Assembly: GCF_001465295.1 (NCBI RefSeq)
Contig: NZ_CP011034.1
Span: 1,020,001 to 1,052,000, forward strand
DNA: 32,000 nt
DNA from: Pseudoalteromonas translucida KMM 520
GTDB lineage: Bacteria; Pseudomonadota; Gammaproteobacteria; Enterobacterales; Alteromonadaceae
Direction of reading: 5' to 3'
A program made the translations under genes and the position numbers. This document shows, piece after piece, positions 26,201-32,000 of this stretch. The notes beneath the pieces are model-generated. The model did not search any database and had not been told where the DNA came from. It saw only the letters and a program-made list of their open reading frames with translations. Position 1 is the stretch's first letter, and each line of letters opens with the position of its first letter.

Positions 26201-26587
26201 TTAAAGATGGGCGGCGATAATTTTTTTATCTTTTTCTGGCATGTTATCTACCACTAAATCAAATGAATTATCAATCATTCGCTTAATCTCGTTTTGCGGG
26301 ATTGTGCCATCTAGTATTATGGTATTCCAAAGGCGTTTATTCATATGATAGCCAGGGATCACTGCAGTAAACATATCTCTTAATGCTAGTGCTTCGTCGG
26401 GGTCACATTTTAAATTTAACCACCAAATAGGCTCGCCATTGGCGTCGTTATTATCATCATTACCCAGTGCAAGGGTGGCAAACATTTTATGGTTTACCTT
26501 GTAAACATCAACTTCTTTAGAAAAAGGTTGGGTTACTTTAACTAGTGGTTTGTTAACTAAATACTCATGTACAGTTTGTTGGTCCAT
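26201..26587 (-). CDS. yjbR: MmcQ/YjbR-family protein
   Basis: The 128-aa translation matches the YjbR pattern (VYKVNHKMFATL...LKCDPDEALALRDMF..VIPGYHMNKRLWNTIILDG). Confidence 0.75.
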   Translation of the reverse strand: MDQQTVHEYLVNKPLVKVTQPFSKEVDVYKVNHKMFATLALGNDDNNDANGEPIWWLNLKCDPDEALALRDMFTAVIPGYHMNKRLWNTIILDGTIPQNEIKRMIDNSFDLVVDNMPEKDKKIIAAHL

Positions 26588-26779
26588 GATCCATTCCTTG
26601 AAGTCATACTCGATGAAACTACCATAACAGTTTTTTTAATGTTTGATTATATGTATTTTTGTAAAAATCATAATTTTACGAGTTAATCCAAGGTATAGCG
26701 GGGTTTTGAAGCAGTTTTAGTTGAACAAAATCTAGTTCGTGGTATGTTTCTCAGAGTCAAAAATAATAGGAATATATTC

Positions 26780-27352
26780 ATGCCAAAGGCGAGTGAAGTT
26801 AAAAAAGGGACAGCCATTGATTTTAATGGTCGCGTTTTAGTTGTAAAAGATATAGTACGCTCAGTTCCACAAGGTCGTGCTGGTGGTAGTTTGTACCGTA
26901 TGCGTTTATACGACGTAGTAACGGGCAGCAAAGTGGATGAAACATTTAAAGACAGTGATATGTTAACACTTGCTGATTTAACGCGTCGTGAAGCTATGCT
27001 TTCGTACATTGATGGTGACGAGTATGTGTTTATGGATAACGAAGATTACACGCCATATAACCTAAGTAAAGAGGCGATTAGCGAAGAGATTTTGTTCGTA
27101 AATGAAGAAACTCAAGGCGTGCACGTTATTGTAATAGATGGCGCACCGGTTGGCCTAGATTTGCCATCAAGTGTTGAACTGGTTGTGGAAGAAACCGACC
27201 CATCTATTAAGGGTGCTTCGGCGAGTGCACGCTCAAAGCCGGCGCGTATGTCTACAGGATTAAATATTTCAGTTCCTGAGCATATTTCTACAGGCGATCG
27301 CATTCGTATCAATACTGCAGAGCATAAATTTATGGGCCGTGCTGAAAAGTAA
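26780..27352 (+). CDS. yeiP: Elongation factor P-like protein YeiP (EfpL), 190 aa
   Basis: From [25 protein letters not shown] the translation is colinear with E. coli YeiP ([45 protein letters not shown]). I moved the start to the ATG at 26780, with aggaa 7 nt upstream. Confidence 0.92.
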   Translation: MPKASEVKKGTAIDFNGRVLVVKDIVRSVPQGRAGGSLYRMRLYDVVTGSKVDETFKDSDMLTLADLTRREAMLSYIDGDEYVFMDNEDYTPYNLSKEAISEEILFVNEETQGVHVIVIDGAPVGLDLPSSVELVVEETDPSIKGASASARSKPARMSTGLNISVPEHISTGDRIRINTAEHKFMGRAEK

Positions 27353-27371
27353 GCGCCCAATTGTGTATATT

Positions 27372-27398
27372 AAAAAGCCGACTTGTTCGGCTTTTTTT
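27372..27398 (+). terminator. yeiP terminator
   Basis: aaaaagccga-cttgt-tcggcttttttt, a hairpin followed by a T7 run. Confidence 0.8.
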
Positions 27399-27420
27399 AT
27401 TGCTGGGATTCAAATAGTAA

Positions 27421-27687
27421 GTGCATAGCTTTAAAAATAGTCATTTTATGGTTAAAATACGCGGCTTATTTTTACAGAATTTAGGTATTGCTTTGATTTT
27501 TGTTTTATTAAGCGCGGTGTTTATAGCGATTATGTATTTAGAGGCGATTAAAAAGGGCATGCCGGTTAAGCGTTGGCTGTTGTTAGCGGGTTTACTTGGC
27601 CCAGTTGCATGGTGTTTGTTTAATTTACATTACCGCCGTGCATTACTACGAAGTGTAGGTATTAACCCTTGTATATGGCGTCCGTAA
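27421..27687 (+). CDS. Hypothetical small membrane protein (two predicted TM helices)
   Basis: The ORF shows two hydrophobic stretches (LGIALIFVLLSAVFIAIMYL and WLLLAGLLGPVAWCLF). The start is uncertain (GTG at 27421 or ATG at 27448), I recognise no family, and the ORF begins just after a terminator. Confidence 0.35.
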   Translation: MHSFKNSHFMVKIRGLFLQNLGIALIFVLLSAVFIAIMYLEAIKKGMPVKRWLLLAGLLGPVAWCLFNLHYRRALLRSVGINPCIWRP

Positions 27688-27704
27688 CTATTTTTATTAC
27701 TGTT

Positions 27705-27734
27705 TTTAACTTTAACTTTAACTTTAACTTTAAT
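27705..27734. repeat. Hexanucleotide tandem repeat (TTTAAC)x4 plus TTTAAT
   Basis: Read directly from the sequence. The repeat overlaps the stop codon (27730-27732) of the minus-strand GGDEF-EAL gene. On the minus strand it gives TAA followed by four more in-frame AGT-TAA units. Confidence 0.9.
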
Positions 27735-29985
27735 TAGTAACAGCCACTTTTTTAATCGGGCTAATTAAACTAGGTACAGACTTACTGTGCTGGAGTTTTA
27801 AAAACTCGGTAAACTCATCTTTTGATAGCGGCTTAGAGTAATAGTAGCCTTGTACTGTTTCACAGTTTAATTGTTTGAGTATTTCTATTTGCGATGCTTG
27901 CTCTACGCCCTCTGCAACCACATGCAGGCCAAGGTTATGGGCAATAGTAACAATTGAGTCGACCATATTGCGGCCTCGCTCGTTTTTCATGTCATCAATA
28001 AAGGCTTTATCAACTTTGAGCGTATTAAGCGGAAACTGCTTTAAATAGGCCAGCGAAGAGTAACCGGTACCAAAGTCGTCCATTGCTAAATGAATACCTC
28101 GGGCGCTGAGTGAGCGCATTATTGCGATAGCATCTTTAGGATCGTCCATTACCGTGCCTTCGGTAATTTCTAGCTCTAAAAAGTAAGAGGGCAATGCATT
28201 TTTTTGTAAAATCACATCAATACGTGTTGTTAGGTCGGGTAAACTAAACTGCTTAGCCGATAAGTTCACGGCAACTCTGCCATTAAATAAGCCCGCATCA
28301 AGCCACTCTTTTACATCGCGACAGGCTTTATTTAAAACCACTTCGCCAATTTCTATTATTTGCCCTGTTTCTTCTGCTATTGGGATAAAAACACCCGGGC
28401 TAATAATGCCTTTTTTAGGCGTGATAAAGCGTACTAATGCCTCCATTCCTACAAGTTTACCAGTATGAATATTCATTTTTGGTTGGTAATACACGGCAAA
28501 ATGATTTTCTTTTAAACCAAAGCGCATTAGGTTTTCTATTTGCAGGCGTTTTACGGCTTCACGGTTCATGGTGTCATTAAAAAACAGATAACTATTACCT
28601 TTCTTTTTAGCGTGGTACATAGCGGTGTCAGCATTTTTTAATAGTAGTTCTGGGGTATTGCCATCTTCAGGGAACAACACAATGCCAACGCTTGAGGTAA
28701 TGGCGAGCTCATGTCCGGCCATTTTAAAAGGTGTAGCAATAGCAGCTAAAAACTGTTTAGCGGTGCGGGTAATCGTATATATGTCGTTAGTATCAGACAT
28801 TACCAGTGCAAACTCATCGCCGCCTAAACGATAAAACACGTCATTCTCGCGAGTGAGCTTATTTAGCCGCATAGCGAGTTTAGCTAATAAGCTGTCACCT
28901 AGTTGGTGCCCTAAAGAGTCGTTTATTTTTTTAAAGTTATCTAAATCGAATACTAACAAAGCATGGTGCGAGTTTAGTTGTCCTAATTTTTGTAAGTCGG
29001 TAAAAAACAAATTACGGTTAGGCAGGTTGGTGGTGCGGTCTCTATTGGAGAGGTTATGCAGTTGCGATTCGGCTTTTTTACGCTCGGTTAAATCAGAGTA
29101 TACAACGACATAGTTAGTTATTTGGTTTTGATCATTTCTAATATCATCAATCGAGATTTCAATGGGTAATAAAACATGTGCACTATTGCGTAATTTAACT
29201 TCTTGTTGCAGGCTATCTCGCTGGTATACGGTTTTTTTAATGGTGTTAATGTAACTTTTGTCGTAGCCGGGCAAGTTAAAGTCTTTTTTAAGGTACTGCT
29301 CGCGCACGCCACCAAATAAGGTTAAAAAGCTGGGGTTAATATCGACTAACTTAAAGTTTTTATCGTAAATGGCTAGGGCATCGGTTAACGACTCAACGCA
29401 TTTTGCAAAAAGGTTTAAGCGCTCTTCGGTTAGCTTTAATTGTGAAATATCGCGCACTGTGCCTGTCATACGTAGGGGACTAAGGTTGGTGTCTTTTTCT
29501 ATTATTTTGCCGCGATCGAGCACCCAGAGCCATCCACCAAAATGATCTTTAATCCGATAAGTCGCTTCAAAAAAAGGAGTTTGCTGAGCAAAGTGTTTTT
29601 TAAGTAAATACTCTACTTGGGAAATGTCGCTTGGGTGAATAAGGCTTTTATTAGGCGGGAACTCTGTTGATAATATTGAATCCATTAAGTACTTATCGTT
29701 AATTCGAAGTACTTTACCGGTTTTTATATTCCAATCCCAAAGAGTATCGCCACTGCCTTCAACAGTGCTTTTTAAGCGTTGTTCAGAAAGCATAAGCTGA
29801 TAGCGAGAGCGCCTAAGTTTATATATAACCGTTAGCATGTAGCATAAAACAAGCACAATAATTGCGCTTGCCGTAATTGCAACGGTATTTAAATTTAAGT
29901 TAAAAGTTGCCTCTAAGGCATATAGGCTATGCGAGGCAACTAATAGGGCTAATAGTAAGCTTATTTTTATTATTATTGTGATCAT
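27730..29985 (-). CDS. Membrane-anchored PAS-PAS-GGDEF-EAL protein
   Basis: 751 aa with an N-terminal signal or TM segment plus a second TM, and two PAS-like regions. GGDEF is intact (RLGGDEFALVM) with REND five residues upstream (I-site). EAL motifs are intact (EALVRF, DDFGTGYSSLAYLK, EGVE). Confidence 0.9.
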   Translation of the reverse strand: MITIIIKISLLLALLVASHSLYALEATFNLNLNTVAITASAIIVLVLCYMLTVIYKLRRSRYQLMLSEQRLKSTVEGSGDTLWDWNIKTGKVLRINDKYLMDSILSTEFPPNKSLIHPSDISQVEYLLKKHFAQQTPFFEATYRIKDHFGGWLWVLDRGKIIEKDTNLSPLRMTGTVRDISQLKLTEERLNLFAKCVESLTDALAIYDKNFKLVDINPSFLTLFGGVREQYLKKDFNLPGYDKSYINTIKKTVYQRDSLQQEVKLRNSAHVLLPIEISIDDIRNDQNQITNYVVVYSDLTERKKAESQLHNLSNRDRTTNLPNRNLFFTDLQKLGQLNSHHALLVFDLDNFKKINDSLGHQLGDSLLAKLAMRLNKLTRENDVFYRLGGDEFALVMSDTNDIYTITRTAKQFLAAIATPFKMAGHELAITSSVGIVLFPEDGNTPELLLKNADTAMYHAKKKGNSYLFFNDTMNREAVKRLQIENLMRFGLKENHFAVYYQPKMNIHTGKLVGMEALVRFITPKKGIISPGVFIPIAEETGQIIEIGEVVLNKACRDVKEWLDAGLFNGRVAVNLSAKQFSLPDLTTRIDVILQKNALPSYFLELEITEGTVMDDPKDAIAIMRSLSARGIHLAMDDFGTGYSSLAYLKQFPLNTLKVDKAFIDDMKNERGRNMVDSIVTIAHNLGLHVVAEGVEQASQIEILKQLNCETVQGYYYSKPLSKDEFTEFLKLQHSKSVPSLISPIKKVAVTN

Positions 29986-30049
29986 TATTTTTATTGTTTT
30001 TATAACATTTAATTTTCAAATGACAATCTAAATCAAGCGTTACTCAGTG

Positions 30050-32000
30050 TCAAAGAGAATGCGAGTAAAGGGCTTGATTATGCGCTTTATTAGGCTTTGT
30101 AGAGCTTAAAAACTCATACCTAGGTCTATTTTTATTAAAAAGGCTTAGCGCGTATGCTTTTATATCTGCAAGGGTTAATGCATTTAATGCATCAAGCAGG
30201 CGTTGTTGCATATGAAACTCGTGGTCGCGATTACCAATAGCTAACCATAATCGTTGCGAGCGCAGTCGCAGGTTTTTATCTGCTTCGGCTATATGCGTGG
30301 TTAGGCCGTGCTTTTGTTGTAACCAATCTTGCGGGGTTAAATTATCGATATTGGTTAAATAGTCATGAATAAAGTTATTATGGCGCTGTAGTATTGTTTT
30401 GGCTTCAAACTTGGGTGATTGCACATAAAAAACAATGCCTGCGCGGGTATTAAAAGGCGCGTAACCGGCACCAACCAAATAGCCTAACTGTTGCGTGGTG
30501 CGCAGTTCGTTAAAGTAGTCTTGATTGATTAAGTGATTTAACGCCATCATTTTTACTTTTTCACTTACACAGTCGGTTTGCGCTTGATAATAAATAAGCA
30601 TAGCATGATCACTACAAGGCAGCGTTAACTCAAAGCGGGTTACTTTTTTAATTTCAAATAATGGTCGTGTTAAATCGGCTATTACAGCGGCGCTTTTTAA
30701 GTGCGCGGCTACTTTTTTCTGAAAGCTAATAGCATCAGCTTGTTGCCAGTTACCATGTAAAAATGACTCTACATGCAGGGCTTTAAAAAAGTCTTGTCTA
30801 AATTCATTAAACTGCTGAAAACACGTGTTTTTTAATGCGTCAGCCAATTCGTCTGGCTGTGGATTCCACGGCATTATTTTTGCGCCTAACATACTAAACA
30901 GCTCACCTACGGGCTTATTTTGATTACTGTTACGCCAATGCCTTACTAATTGCTTTTTATACTCGGCAAAACGTTTAGAGCAAATTTCTACGTTAAATAA
31001 AGCATCAATGAGTTCATCAACCAACTCTAACTGGCTTGATGAAAGCCCTGCTGTATGCAGTGTTAACCCACCTTGATGAGACGTTAAGTGATAACTAAGC
31101 CCTGCAAGTTCGGCAGGGTAAAATTGCTCGCTAACGCTATCCATAAATAAATCAGAAAAGAGGCGGGTAAGTGCCATGTGCTTTACATCTTTTACTGCAA
31201 AGTCTGAGTCCATTGCCAAGTAAAAGTGACCTTTGGCAACGCGAAAGGTGTTGTCTTGTTTAAACCAAAAATCAAAACCAGGCTCTGAAACTATTAGCTC
31301 AGGTTTTGTTTGTGGCTCAATTATATCAAACAGCTCAACGTCTTTGGTTAAATAAGGATTAACAACGGGTAAGCGCATTTCATTGAGTGGTTTATTAATA
31401 TTACTTAGTGCATCGAGCCAACTAGTCGAAATTTTTTCAACCTTGTAAGGTGTATTATACCAAGCGGCTTTATGTTGAGGCTCAACCCCAGGATGAATAA
31501 GTACCAAGCGCATATTGTGTGGCTTTAACCATTGCATGGCCATTTTATGGGTGGCGTGTTTAAAGCCTTCCATTAAATAGTCGCCTTGTAAGTAGTTTGG
31601 CTCATCGTAATGTTGCATATTAATGCTTAAGTTACTTACCCAGTCTATTAAGCGCGATTGTTCTTGGTTATCGAAGGCAATTTGTAATAGCTTCTTTTTA
31701 TCTTGGTATAAGCGCGGCAGTTGTTCAATATTGTTATTAATGAGGCAAATATATTCAAAGATCATTTCAATAATATCTTCAAAGTATTCAATACCTTCAT
31801 CCGTTAGCGCCATACTAATATTAAAGTCTTTAAAATTACTGCCATTAATACCACCCCCGGCAGAAAGTGCATTTATCCAGCCTTGCTGTTTTAAAATAGA
31901 GTATAACGAGCCCGCACCTTCATAACCGAGTAAATGGGCTATAAAGCTAACTGTTTTGTGACGATAAAAGTCATCAATATTAGGCATTGCAAAGCTCACT
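30050..32000 (-). CDS. ptrA: Pitrilysin / protease III-like M16 zinc metalloprotease, C-terminal ~650 aa (the 5' end lies beyond the window)
   Basis: The reading frame is open to the window edge. The translation resembles the inactive middle and C-terminal M16 domains of protease III (HLLGYEGAGSLYSILKQQGWINALSAGGG ...). The HxxEH catalytic domain would lie upstream, outside the window. Confidence 0.8.
   Translation of the reverse strand, partial: VSFAMPNIDDFYRHKTVSFIAHLLGYEGAGSLYSILKQQGWINALSAGGGINGSNFKDFNISMALTDEGIEYFEDIIEMIFEYICLINNNIEQLPRLYQDKKKLLQIAFDNQEQSRLIDWVSNLSINMQHYDEPNYLQGDYLMEGFKHATHKMAMQWLKPHNMRLVLIHPGVEPQHKAAWYNTPYKVEKISTSWLDALSNINKPLNEMRLPVVNPYLTKDVELFDIIEPQTKPELIVSEPGFDFWFKQDNTFRVAKGHFYLAMDSDFAVKDVKHMALTRLFSDLFMDSVSEQFYPAELAGLSYHLTSHQGGLTLHTAGLSSSQLELVDELIDALFNVEICSKRFAEYKKQLVRHWRNSNQNKPVGELFSMLGAKIMPWNPQPDELADALKNTCFQQFNEFRQDFFKALHVESFLHGNWQQADAISFQKKVAAHLKSAAVIADLTRPLFEIKKVTRFELTLPCSDHAMLIYYQAQTDCVSEKVKMMALNHLINQDYFNELRTTQQLGYLVGAGYAPFNTRAGIVFYVQSPKFEAKTILQRHNNFIHDYLTNIDNLTPQDWLQQKHGLTTHIAEADKNLRLRSQRLWLAIGNRDHEFHMQQRLLDALNALTLADIKAYALSLFNKNRPRYEFLSSTKPNKAHNQALYSHSL

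Noticed and set aside
1-32000. I scanned for rRNA, tRNA (T-loop GGTTCGAATCC-like motifs), CRISPR arrays, integrases, transposases, phage genes, toxin-antitoxin pairs and known defence-system genes.
   Set aside because: I could recognise none. All sizeable ORFs are accounted for by housekeeping or signalling families, so I do not claim a novel multi-gene defence or mobile system in this window.

Overview
The window looks like ordinary chromosomal DNA from an AT-rich marine gammaproteobacterium. Gene content and order suggest Alteromonadales or Pseudoalteromonas, but that is inference and no search was run. About 24 real genes are present, mostly housekeeping or signalling. They are: an MscS-family channel; convergent tyrA and pheA, with pheA carrying a Phe-codon attenuator; a Cache-HAMP-PAS-GGDEF-EAL protein; yciH; a partner-switching pair (STAS protein plus a REC-PP2C-kinase fusion resembling P. 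aeruginosa HsbA/HsbR) followed by a GAF protein; aspC/tyrB-type aminotransferase; a Tim44-like protein; an ECF sigma/anti-sigma pair; a six-gene translationally coupled MoxR-DUF58-DUF4381-VWA-VWA/TPR-BatD ('Bat') operon; fadIJ with a FadR-type operator; yjbR; yeiP (efpL); a second PAS-GGDEF-EAL protein; and the 3' part of a pitrilysin (ptrA-like) gene that runs off the right edge. I found no rRNA, tRNA, CRISPR array, transposase, integrase, phage genes or recognisable defence genes, so this is not an obvious accessory island. The unexplained signals are small. (1) A 316-bp spacer with inverted-repeat ends and strong internal pairing fills the gap between the STAS stop codon and the HsbR-like start codon. 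(2) Two roughly 95%-identical copies of a ~195-bp MITE-like element lie in inverted orientation 10.6 kb apart, and one has a clean TTAAATAA flanking duplication. (3) A diverged, frame-preserving relic copy of the last ~30 codons of the GAF gene lies just past that MITE. (4) An unannotated 17-codon Phe-rich leader peptide precedes pheA and may be translated from a leaderless transcript. (5) A gene-free ~320-bp stretch at the left end ends in a strong terminator and holds a Shine-Dalgarno-preceded 19-codon hydrophobic ORF. All coordinates and repeat comparisons were made by hand from the sequence. All family names come from recognising motifs in the supplied translations, not from database searches.
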